From: Candidatus Roizmanbacteria bacterium RIFCSPHIGHO2_01_FULL_39_8
GTDB taxonomy: Bacteria > Patescibacteriota > Microgenomatia > UBA1406 > GWC2-37-13
NCBI GenBank assembly: GCA_001789355.1
Contig: MFZI01000023.1
Coordinates: 1 to 33,446, forward strand
Length of the DNA stretch: 33,446 nt
Direction of reading: 5' to 3'
Under the pieces are notes generated by a model, which was not told the origin of the DNA, did no database searches, and worked only from the letters and a program-made list of their open reading frames with translations. Shown piece after piece: positions 15,586 to 23,856 of the stretch (position 1 is the stretch's first letter; each line of letters begins with the position of its first letter). The translations under genes and the position numbers were made by a program.

Positions 15586-16530
15586 ATGCCAGTAGATCTA
15601 AAAGAACTGTCAAAAAGAACATTAGAACAGGCTCCTATAACCTATAAAACTTATGGGACTGGAAAAGTTGAAATTGCACATTTACAAGGTAAACGTTTTG
15701 ATGTTCTCCCTTTTTTAAAGGATCCAGATTACTATAAAGGAACGGGTGCCAGTCCTTATGTAGATTATTTGGTAAATTTCGGAGATACTTTTGCCGGACT
15801 AATTGGCGAATATGATGGACAATATGGGACTTGGGGGAAACCAGAAGATTTAGCACAGGATGGAATAATTGTACTTCAGTACTTCGTTGAGGAGGCATCG
15901 GACATTATAAGAAGAATCGACGAACACTCTGCAAAAGGGCTTTATAATGACCAAGGATGGCAACAGAATTACTACGAAATGGCTAAATTTGCATATTCTC
16001 TTTTACGCAAATATGAAGAGCAATTTCGAATTGGACCAATACAAAGACCAGTTGCTTTGGAAAGAGCTGGTCTTGTGAGTGACAGGTTAGCAATGAATCT
16101 TCAAAAAGATGCAAGAATAAAGAACGAAACTCGAGTAATTACAAAAAGGGTACATTTAGTTGGTGAGGAACAAGGAGAAGTTGCCACTTCAGTCATATGG
16201 CGTGATGTGAATCAACTCCACATTCTTAACGGACAACTTATAGATGTGGTAGATTTTGTTAATCCAGCTTCAGGTGCATCTACAGCTGGAGTGATTCTTG
16301 CTGCAGGACAGGAAGGTGTTCGTCCTTCACATGTAGTTCATCGTTCAGTCAGTGCAACTCGTCAGGGAATCATGTTTAATAGAATGGCTTTGAATTATTT
16401 AGGGATTGGTTCTTCTTTTATCACAGTTGGAGAAACAGGCCGTATGTCTACAAAATTCTACTTAGAATCCCCAGGAGTAGGTGATGCTGGTGAAGCTTTA
16501 AGAAATTTTCAACCAAAGTGGGTCAAATAA
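15586..16530 (+). CDS. Uracil phosphoribosyltransferase-like (type I PRTase) protein with a long N-terminal extension
   Basis: PRPP-loop-like LIDVVDFVNPASGASTAGVI and the C-terminal YLESPGVGDAGEAL (compare Upp PGLGDAGDR). It is 314 aa versus about 210 aa for canonical Upp. Confidence 0.55.
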   Translation: MPVDLKELSKRTLEQAPITYKTYGTGKVEIAHLQGKRFDVLPFLKDPDYYKGTGASPYVDYLVNFGDTFAGLIGEYDGQYGTWGKPEDLAQDGIIVLQYFVEEASDIIRRIDEHSAKGLYNDQGWQQNYYEMAKFAYSLLRKYEEQFRIGPIQRPVALERAGLVSDRLAMNLQKDARIKNETRVITKRVHLVGEEQGEVATSVIWRDVNQLHILNGQLIDVVDFVNPASGASTAGVILAAGQEGVRPSHVVHRSVSATRQGIMFNRMALNYLGIGSSFITVGETGRMSTKFYLESPGVGDAGEALRNFQPKWVK

Positions 16531-16531
16531 C

Positions 16532-17050
16532 TTAAGAATTATTTTCTAGCGCGAGAAAAGTATATTTGTATTCCCTATTTCTTGATTCTTTTTTAAAGAC
16601 TACTTTTCTAAATTCTGAATAATCGGGAAAAAAGGTATCCGCGTCAAATTTTCCCTTTACAATTGTCAGATATAATTTGTCCGCATATTTGATTCCCTCT
16701 TTATAAATCTGTCCCCCTCCTATAATAAATATTTCGCCTTGAGTTTCCTTCTTTTTTCCTTGCTCTAGAGCCTCTTCCATAGAATTTACCACATAAAACT
16801 CAACTAATTGATCAATTGAGTTCTGAGGGAATGGGGGTTTATATTTTTTATCTCTGGTAATTATAATGTTTACTCTCTTTGGTAAAAGCCTTCCAATTGA
16901 CTCTAAGGTTTTTCTTCCCATAATAACAACGTGGCCTTTGGTTAATTCCCGGAAAAGCTTCATATCCTCGGGAATATCCCATAGAAGCTTATTATTTTTT
17001 CCCAGTTCCCTATTTTCGCCAATTGCCGCAATCATACTAATTTTTATCAT
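16532..17050 (-). CDS. folA: Dihydrofolate reductase
   Basis: ISMIAAIGENRELGKNNKLLWDIPEDMKLFRELTKGHVVIMGRKTLESIG and IIGGGQIY motifs. The gene lies 4 nt downstream of thyA. Confidence 0.9.
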   Translation of the reverse strand: MIKISMIAAIGENRELGKNNKLLWDIPEDMKLFRELTKGHVVIMGRKTLESIGRLLPKRVNIIITRDKKYKPPFPQNSIDQLVEFYVVNSMEEALEQGKKKETQGEIFIIGGGQIYKEGIKYADKLYLTIVKGKFDADTFFPDYSEFRKVVFKKESRNREYKYTFLALENNS

Positions 17051-17054
17051 AGTG

Positions 17055-18041
17055 CTATTTTTTGCTTTTTTGAAAATATCCGCCAGAGACAGACAGTGCA
17101 GCTTTAATAGGTGAGTGAGGATTGTAATTGAGAAGTTCTAAAAAATTCGGCCTGAATTCGTCTACCGTCTTGAATTCACTTGTAAATCTAATTTTCGGAA
17201 ACGGGCGCGGTTTTCTTTTAAGCTGTTCCCTGACTTGATTCACGTGGATCTCGTATACATGACAGTCTCCAAACGTATGGACGAATTCTCCCGGTTTATA
17301 CCCCGTAATCTTTGCGAGAATAAGAGTCAAAAGGGCATACGATGCGATATTAAAAGGAACACCCAAAAATAAATCCGCGCTTCTCTGGTAGAGCTGAAGA
17401 CAAAGTCTTCCATCGATCACATTTAATTGATACATGTTGTGGCAGATCGGAAAATGAGAGGTATCTTGATACCTCGCCATCGTGTATAAATATTCCGGAT
17501 TCCAGGAATTTACGATCGCATTATGACAGTTTGGGTCTTCAACTACCTCGTTGACCGCCCACTTTAACTGGTCAATCGTGCGGGCAGGTTTACCCGCCGA
17601 AGCCTTGGCGGAGGTGGGCCAGCGTCTCCATAGTTCTCCATAGATTCTCGGCAGATTTCCCCACTTTTTTGCGAATTTCTTATCTGTCCTGATTTTTTCT
17701 ATAAATTCTTCTTTTGTCAGTTGATTCTTCATACTTAATTCTTGATTCTTAATTCTGTATATTTTGTATGGATAGTCGTCCCAAATATGCACGTTATTGT
17801 CTACTAGATATTTAATATTCGATTGACCTGACATAAACCAGTACAATTCGTGAATTACTCCTTTCCAGTAGACTTTTTTTGTCGTGAGAAGCGGGAATCC
17901 ATCATTCAAATCAAATCGTATCTGTTTTCCGAATAGACTGAATGAAGCATCTCCTGTGCCCCGATCGACTTTCCGGTAGCCTTTGCTTAGTGCTTCCTCC
18001 ATGAGATCTAAATACTGTTGTTCTGGGTGAGTTTGTTTCAT
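17055..18041 (-). CDS. thyA: Thymidylate synthase (long form with internal insert)
   Basis: FPICHNMYQL (catalytic Cys), LYQRSADLFLGVPFNIASYALL, HTFGDCHVY. The start at MKQTHPEQQYL overlaps the upstream stop as ATGA. The track start at 18095 is an extension. Confidence 0.95.
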   Translation of the reverse strand: MKQTHPEQQYLDLMEEALSKGYRKVDRGTGDASFSLFGKQIRFDLNDGFPLLTTKKVYWKGVIHELYWFMSGQSNIKYLVDNNVHIWDDYPYKIYRIKNQELSMKNQLTKEEFIEKIRTDKKFAKKWGNLPRIYGELWRRWPTSAKASAGKPARTIDQLKWAVNEVVEDPNCHNAIVNSWNPEYLYTMARYQDTSHFPICHNMYQLNVIDGRLCLQLYQRSADLFLGVPFNIASYALLTLILAKITGYKPGEFVHTFGDCHVYEIHVNQVREQLKRKPRPFPKIRFTSEFKTVDEFRPNFLELLNYNPHSPIKAALSVSGGYFQKSKK

Positions 18042-18634
18042 TTTTTTTCTTTCCAATCGCCCGCGGTAAATCTGTTTCGGGCGAAAAAATGCCAATCATG
18101 TGGATTTGAATCCTGGACATCTTTCCACATTTTTTTTGCAGAGGCGGTGTAGAGTTTTTTATACACTCTTTTTCTGGTATCGAGCCAGTATTTGCGCAGT
18201 GTTTCGCCTTTTACTTCTTGTTCCTTAAGCTCAAATTCCACATCCAGATTATCAGCGTCTTTGACAATTTTTGCTTCGATTGTTTTTCTTTCTTCGTATT
18301 CTTTCCATAGCTCGATCATTTCCTTCTCCATCACAGTACCGTCAAAAACATCTTTTACTGCCATTTCTTCATCGCGCGAAGTATACAAGCGTGAAATATA
18401 GTGAACGTCTCCACTCCTGCTCTCTCCTACATCGTGAACCAATGCCATCTGCACTACTTTTCCAATATTTTTCACCCCTTCATACGAAGCGAGAATCATC
18501 GCGATCCACGCGACTCGAAAACTATGCTCTGTTTCATTGGAAAAATCGGCATTCAAAAACTGCCGCCAGTTCCGCTGGAGAAATCGTAGACACCCCACCT
18601 CGTACAATAGTTCCAGATCACGTTTTTTAGTCAT
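18038..18634 (-). CDS. HD-domain phosphohydrolase (YfbR-like 5'-deoxynucleotidase)
   Basis: HSFRVAWIAMILA ... ALVHDVGESRSGDV ... DADNL: HD-domain metal ligands in the YfbR order. Confidence 0.8.
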   Translation of the reverse strand: MTKKRDLELLYEVGCLRFLQRNWRQFLNADFSNETEHSFRVAWIAMILASYEGVKNIGKVVQMALVHDVGESRSGDVHYISRLYTSRDEEMAVKDVFDGTVMEKEMIELWKEYEERKTIEAKIVKDADNLDVEFELKEQEVKGETLRKYWLDTRKRVYKKLYTASAKKMWKDVQDSNPHDWHFFARNRFTAGDWKEKK

Positions 18635-18640
18635 TGGATT

Positions 18641-18711
18641 AGTATCAAGAATTAAGTAGTAAGTATTAAGTATAAAAATATATACTTTCTTAATTCTTAA
18701 TACTTGATACT
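18641..18711. repeat. 71-bp AT-rich imperfect palindrome built from AAGAATTAAG/CTTAATTCTT-type words
   Basis: AGTATCAAGAATTAAG...AAGTATA-AAAA-TATACTT...CTTAATTCTTAATACTTGATACT, lying between dcd and the HD gene. Confidence 0.6.
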
Positions 18712-18720
18712 TACTTCTCG

Positions 18721-19260
18721 TTATACTTGAGTTTCACGTCTTTTCGTTGTAACCCGTCCGTGTTGCCACTGTCCTCGGTAAAGGTTTCCATCACCATCGA
18801 CCCACTCAAACTGAACATGAACAATTCTACACCCGAGTTCTAAAGTAACCGGAACTGGACCCTCGTTTTTCATTCCAAATGTGAGTTTGCCTTTGTATCC
18901 TGGAGCAACGTTTCCCGTTCGGATAAACAGTCCTGACCGAAATGTGGTAGTTCTTGGCTTAAAATTTGCAGTAATATCTTGAGGAAGGTTTACTTTTTCA
19001 ATCGTTGAAATTAAATAAAAGTCTCCCGGTTTTATCTTTATCGATGAACTCTTTTTTTTGTCATACAGAGCGACTGTTTTTATTGCGGGTGTTTCCCGCT
19101 CGTTAATCCCCAAAAAAGCTTTTCCTTTTATCGAGTGGACTTCTCCAAGCCGAAGATCAAAACCTGCACCTTCCGGGTTAGCCAATTCTCTTTCGGCCAG
19201 ATCTTCAACTAGTTTAACTTTTTTGACGAGTTGTAATAATTTTTTTGGCCCTATTACCAT
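18721..19260 (-). CDS. dcd: dCTP deaminase / dUTPase-superfamily protein
   Basis: 179 aa with GAGFDLRLGE, IKPGDFYLISTIE and FIRTGNVAPGYKGKLTFGMKN motifs. Confidence 0.8.
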   Translation of the reverse strand: MVIGPKKLLQLVKKVKLVEDLAERELANPEGAGFDLRLGEVHSIKGKAFLGINERETPAIKTVALYDKKKSSSIKIKPGDFYLISTIEKVNLPQDITANFKPRTTTFRSGLFIRTGNVAPGYKGKLTFGMKNEGPVPVTLELGCRIVHVQFEWVDGDGNLYRGQWQHGRVTTKRRETQV

Positions 19261-19358
19261 AAGCTAAATATTACAAATAAACAAATTGTTGAATTACTCA
19301 TTCATTATTTAATTTATCTGAAATTTGCCGGATTTGTCATTTGTTTATTTTGTGCTTA

Positions 19359-19928
19359 TTATACACTTCCCATTTCTACTACCTTAAAATTTCCGTCATC
19401 TTTAAATTTGACTAAATAGAAGGGGATATCTTTCCCAGTCTTTTTTATCGATTCATAAAGATTATCTTCTATCGATGAAAATAAGACTTCATATAAATAT
19501 TCTTGATCGCAACCCGGAAATAATTTTACCGCCTTTTCCTCAACTAATTCTTGTGCAATTTTATAGAGTAGCTTACTCATGAGGGTCTGATGAAAAATAT
19601 AAAACTTCCCAGCTATGGCGCCTTGGCCAGTTTCTATTGTAAAAGCAGAACGAATATTGTAGTTTCCTTTAACTTGAAGAATTACATCGAAATTTAGTAT
19701 CTTCTCTTCCTCTTCATCTTGCAACAGTTTGAGAGCTTTTATAAGAGATTCAACTTTATTTTTATAAACCTCGAATCCGAAATCTTCTCCTGCTTTACTC
19801 ACCGCGCCAACAACATCAAGTGACATCTTTTCTTTTTTTTCATCAATTGGATAGCGGCTGTTGAATATTATCTCCTCAACGTGTTCTTTTGAAACAATTA
19901 TCCCTTTCACAAGAAGATAGTATACCAC
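19359..19928 (-). CDS. Hypothetical protein
   Basis: 189-aa ORF with a GTG start that directly abuts the preceding stop. No motif recognised. Confidence 0.5.
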   Translation of the reverse strand: MVYYLLVKGIIVSKEHVEEIIFNSRYPIDEKKEKMSLDVVGAVSKAGEDFGFEVYKNKVESLIKALKLLQDEEEEKILNFDVILQVKGNYNIRSAFTIETGQGAIAGKFYIFHQTLMSKLLYKIAQELVEEKAVKLFPGCDQEYLYEVLFSSIEDNLYESIKKTGKDIPFYLVKFKDDGNFKVVEMGSV

Positions 19929-20165
19929 TCAGGTATTCACAATTTCAGACAGGAGATCTACAATCTGTCCAGTCGTATACTGAGGATATTTCTGAGCAAT
20001 CCTCTCGGCAATCTCCTGTAAGATCTTCCATTGTGCCTCTTTGTTGGTGAGAAAACGATATCCATATTTTGTTTTTTTGGCAAACTGGAACCAAGCAATC
20101 GGTTTTCCCATGTGTTTAGCTTTTAAGCCAACTTCCAACTTCAAAACCTCCACTATTTTTTTCAT
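19929..20165 (-). CDS. Hypothetical small protein (78 aa)
   Basis: I preferred the start at MKKIVEVLKLE. The longer 140-aa track ORF overlaps the upstream gene by 112 nt. Confidence 0.45.
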   Translation of the reverse strand: MKKIVEVLKLEVGLKAKHMGKPIAWFQFAKKTKYGYRFLTNKEAQWKILQEIAERIAQKYPQYTTGQIVDLLSEIVNT

Positions 20166-20239
20166 ATGGAGCTTATTGTAAATAAGAAAGAAAGTAACTG
20201 CTTGATAGGAACCTGACACGATTCTGACTGGGAAAAATA

Positions 20240-21451
20240 CTATTTTTGAAGGAGAACAAATCCCATGCCTTTTTTTGTTCTCAAGGCATAAGGAGATTTC
20301 ATAGCAATTAGTTTTGTCCTCACTCGATGTAAGAGTTGATCGATTGCCCACTCAGAATATTTTTCTTCAACATCTGATTCCCAGATTCTTTCTGCGATAA
20401 CATCCCTTCCTACAATAGTGTTAAGATTTTTCTGGAGGTGAGTGAAAACACGATATTCTTGATCTGATAAAACTAAATGGTAGTTGAGATTAATTTCATC
20501 TTCCTGTTTATGTTTCTTGACAATTGTCGAGAGATATGGGGGGTAAATAATATATTCCCCTTTTTCTTTTTTTAAAAGTCCCAACTTAGTAAGATATTCT
20601 AGGTAAAGAGTATCCTTGTCTTGAGTCTGATAACCTCCTTGAGAGATTGCTTCTAAGAGCTTGCGGATCTCTTGAGAGAAAACCTGAACCATTGTTTGGG
20701 CTCTGTCGATCATTGAAACATCCTCTGCGATTTCGCCGGGTGTTATTTTTGACCTCTCACGAATAAGACGCATTGCATTTTTTATCCATCCCAATCTACC
20801 CGAGCAATTCTTCAGAATCCACTCTTTCTGTTTTCTATTAATATGCATATTCCATTTTTCTTCAAGATATTTTATAAACTGAGTTGAATCCTCTATTGAA
20901 TAAAGAGGAATATAAAAGAAATTAGCTGCTAGAGGGTTTTTTTCAAAAAGCTTGGATTTTGTTCTTTTTTCGAGTAAGTAAACGCCGGTAAAAACCAAAA
21001 TAGATAGATTATCAAAACGTTCATTGAGGGAAACAAGTTCTTTGAAAAGAGTGAAATCTAAATTTTGTATCATCCTATCTGCTCCTGTAACAAATAAAGC
21101 TATGTCAAATCCGTTTTCTCGTAATGTACTCATTAGTACTATAAGATCATTTCCCTCAAAACTAATATCCTCTCTTTTCACTCCTCTTTTCAATTGTGAT
21201 TGTAACTCCGAAAAAAGCCGATACTTTTCGATCTTTGGCTCTTCATATAAATCTAAATGAATACAAATTGTCCTTTTTTTGAGACCGAAAATAATGTGTA
21301 ATTTCTTATCTTCGATAAATTGAAGTATTCTTCTTTCCACACCCGTTTTGGGAGGCATCATAAAAAAACCCATTTCACGATAAGGAAGAAAAGAGATCCA
21401 TCCCTCTACCATTTTCCTGAAAGAGTGTGGATGTATAGGAGGTTCTGTCAT
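20240..21451 (-). CDS. Transcriptional regulator: degenerate P-loop/STAND-like N-domain plus C-terminal OmpR/PhoB-type winged helix
   Basis: C-terminus LSDQEYRVFTHLQKNLNTIVGRDVIAERIWESDVEEKYSEWAIDQLLHRVRTKL...GMGFVL fits Trans_reg_C. In the N-domain, MPPKTGVERR stands in place of Walker A and ALFVTGADR in place of Walker B. Confidence 0.7.
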   Translation of the reverse strand: MTEPPIHPHSFRKMVEGWISFLPYREMGFFMMPPKTGVERRILQFIEDKKLHIIFGLKKRTICIHLDLYEEPKIEKYRLFSELQSQLKRGVKREDISFEGNDLIVLMSTLRENGFDIALFVTGADRMIQNLDFTLFKELVSLNERFDNLSILVFTGVYLLEKRTKSKLFEKNPLAANFFYIPLYSIEDSTQFIKYLEEKWNMHINRKQKEWILKNCSGRLGWIKNAMRLIRERSKITPGEIAEDVSMIDRAQTMVQVFSQEIRKLLEAISQGGYQTQDKDTLYLEYLTKLGLLKKEKGEYIIYPPYLSTIVKKHKQEDEINLNYHLVLSDQEYRVFTHLQKNLNTIVGRDVIAERIWESDVEEKYSEWAIDQLLHRVRTKLIAMKSPYALRTKKGMGFVLLQK

Positions 21452-21523
21452 GCTAACATTATACTCTACCCTTTATTCTTTTTGGTATAATGATGTCCTA
21501 TTTAATTTTATTATAAGGTATAT

Positions 21524-23440
21524 ATGCGCTTAGCTGAGGTTGCCCAGCGTCTACAAAATAATTCTTTTTTAAACACGGTCTTATCCTACGGTAGGCTTAA
21601 TGATTATCTTCTGCTACACGCTTTAGATCATGATATTAAATTAGCCGTAACAAGTACTCCCAATCGTTATACAGTCCTTCCTTCTGAAATAGTTCCTCCA
21701 AGCGAAATCTTCCGAAATGGGGTCCGAATGAACATCAGAGAATTCATTCGTATTCATGAACAAAACTCTATTCCAGGTATACCAGAGTTAAATACAGCAG
21801 AGGTGATTACCGAATCCATGATGCCTTTCATGAGTTTTTTAATGGACGAAATAGAGGCGCTCGAACAAAAAAGAGGACGAACATCACATTTTATCCGCTC
21901 CAGCTCTGTCGCTGATATTTTACTTGCTAAGACGTCATTTCAACCTACTGAGAACTCAGTTCCTATTGCCCGAAGGGGAGAGCTCAAAAGCATCATTGCA
22001 AACGATCACCCTCATGAACGATTCCCCCTCGGAACGCTTTTAGACAGAGTTAAACAACAACTTCATACCGGTTCAGATCTCGATCTAAAGATCGAATTTT
22101 CAGATTATCACAGTTTTTTTGAATATCTTCGTCAAACACTCCCCTCATATGATGAGAACCTTGAACTGCTCGTAAACAACGAAGACGATAAAGGAGGGAT
22201 GTTTATCTGGCATCTAAAAGGAAAACAAATAACTGCGGGAGCCAGATACGATGAAGGTCCTATTTTACCCCATGAACTGTATCTACGCTGCCGACACACC
22301 TCAACGAGGAGTGGTATTCCCCGGATAGAAGTCGAGCTTATTCATGGTGAGAACTTTGATGGAAAAGAGCTCGAAATTAGACAACACGATCTCAATATTC
22401 TTTTTTCAATTGGTTTTTCCCAATATGAAAGCCTTACTGAAGAGGTTCGAGCAAGAGATACGAGAGTCTCTAGAATCGCCAACAAATGGGATCAAAAAGG
22501 CAGGGGAAGATTGGTCCGAGAGAATGAGGATATTTATCTAGCTGCTGAAAAGGAATCAGTCGCTGCCTTAGCTTCGCCAAACGAAGTGGGCGAAGAGATT
22601 GATAGCTTGAGAGAGTATCGACCTATTCTTTTTTTTGATGAAACACTAAGAATATTTAGAAAAGCTGTTGTAGAAAAAAGAAATCTTGAATTCTCAAGGG
22701 AAGGGAGAACTCATATGACTCCGGATTTCAATTCATCAACAAGTAGTCGATTCTGGCGGGATCATGGTTACTATTTCCCTATCACCGACGATTCTCTCAC
22801 TTATATTAATTCCGTGTTGCGCAATCCGGATTTTTTCGAAAATTTTCACATTGCCTGGAACGAGCTAGAATCTGAGAGAAAAATGTTTTTTTCAACGATC
22901 TTTGCCTCTGAAATTATGACCATGTTATTTTATGCTCCAAAGGAAACATTCACCCTCTTAAGAGATTTTGGATACACTGAATTTTTTCCTTTTCTTAAAG
23001 GTCTTTCGGAAAGACCTGATATATATAATACAGTTATAGAAGAACTCCCAGATCAAAGGGAGCTTGAGTTGACGACACTACTCAGGATGGATTGGTACAA
23101 TGCTCTTACCAAACGAGTTCAACCTCTTTTGAATAGTTCGCAATATCGAAGAAACGCTCTCCACATCGGGGCTAGTATTATGCATTCTGACGAGTCTATT
23201 TTTCACTCTACTCCCTATATTATCGATAACTTGTGCCTTACCCCACGAATGTTAAGAATAAGAAAAGTATTAGAAAAGATGGCCGAATTAACAAGCTCTT
23301 TTTCTCCTACGACGATCGTTCCTACCGGTTTTTCCTCCATGGTTCGTCTTGTAACAATAGATCCCTCCCTTTACCCTCAAGGCTATCCCACATGGCTCAG
23401 AGATGTGATTACCCCTATTAGAGATACATCCTTGAGATAG
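21524..23440 (+). CDS. Large hypothetical protein (638 aa), no recognisable domain
   Basis: A long uninterrupted ORF transcribed divergently from the regulator, with no TM segment or signal peptide. Confidence 0.65.
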   Translation: MRLAEVAQRLQNNSFLNTVLSYGRLNDYLLLHALDHDIKLAVTSTPNRYTVLPSEIVPPSEIFRNGVRMNIREFIRIHEQNSIPGIPELNTAEVITESMMPFMSFLMDEIEALEQKRGRTSHFIRSSSVADILLAKTSFQPTENSVPIARRGELKSIIANDHPHERFPLGTLLDRVKQQLHTGSDLDLKIEFSDYHSFFEYLRQTLPSYDENLELLVNNEDDKGGMFIWHLKGKQITAGARYDEGPILPHELYLRCRHTSTRSGIPRIEVELIHGENFDGKELEIRQHDLNILFSIGFSQYESLTEEVRARDTRVSRIANKWDQKGRGRLVRENEDIYLAAEKESVAALASPNEVGEEIDSLREYRPILFFDETLRIFRKAVVEKRNLEFSREGRTHMTPDFNSSTSSRFWRDHGYYFPITDDSLTYINSVLRNPDFFENFHIAWNELESERKMFFSTIFASEIMTMLFYAPKETFTLLRDFGYTEFFPFLKGLSERPDIYNTVIEELPDQRELELTTLLRMDWYNALTKRVQPLLNSSQYRRNALHIGASIMHSDESIFHSTPYIIDNLCLTPRMLRIRKVLEKMAELTSSFSPTTIVPTGFSSMVRLVTIDPSLYPQGYPTWLRDVITPIRDTSLR

Positions 23441-23466
23441 ATTCTCATTCCATTTATAATATATTC

Positions 23467-23832
23467 ATGACAATACATACCTGTGATGCGCTCGTCGTTT
23501 CTTGCATAGACTTCCGATTCCAAAAATATATCCGCGAATGGCTCGAGAAGAATATGGAGAATAAGAAATATGATTATGTTGGATTTGCTGGGGGAGTAAA
23601 GGATCTTATCACGATTGTAAAACAACTTGATATCTCTGTAAAACTACATCACATATCAGAGGTTACTCTTATCAATCATGAAGACTGTGGAGCATATGGT
23701 AAAGAAAGCACTCACACTAGGCATTCCCAGGATCTCAAAACTGCAAAAAAAGTGATACACTCGCTTTATCCCGACTTAACTGTAGATCTCTATTATCTTC
23801 ACCTCGATGGGAGATTTGAAAAAATTAAATAA
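23467..23832 (+). CDS. Minimal beta-carbonic-anhydrase-like protein
   Basis: SCIDFR (CxDxR) and NHEDCGAYG (HxxCG) occur in the beta-CA order, but the protein is only 121 aa. Confidence 0.45.
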   Translation: MTIHTCDALVVSCIDFRFQKYIREWLEKNMENKKYDYVGFAGGVKDLITIVKQLDISVKLHHISEVTLINHEDCGAYGKESTHTRHSQDLKTAKKVIHSLYPDLTVDLYYLHLDGRFEKIK

Positions 23833-23856
23833 TATCTTCTTTGTTACAATTACTCT

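Noticed and set aside
18042-18095. N-terminal extension of thyA. Analogous extensions occur in rpiB (27801), the crp-family gene (30138), the DUF1599-like gene (15379), the pilin-like gene (13435), the exonuclease (9144) and the ORFs at 20351 and 9568.
   Set aside because: The conserved N-termini begin at internal Met codons. Those starts remove gene overlaps or create classic ATGA coupling.
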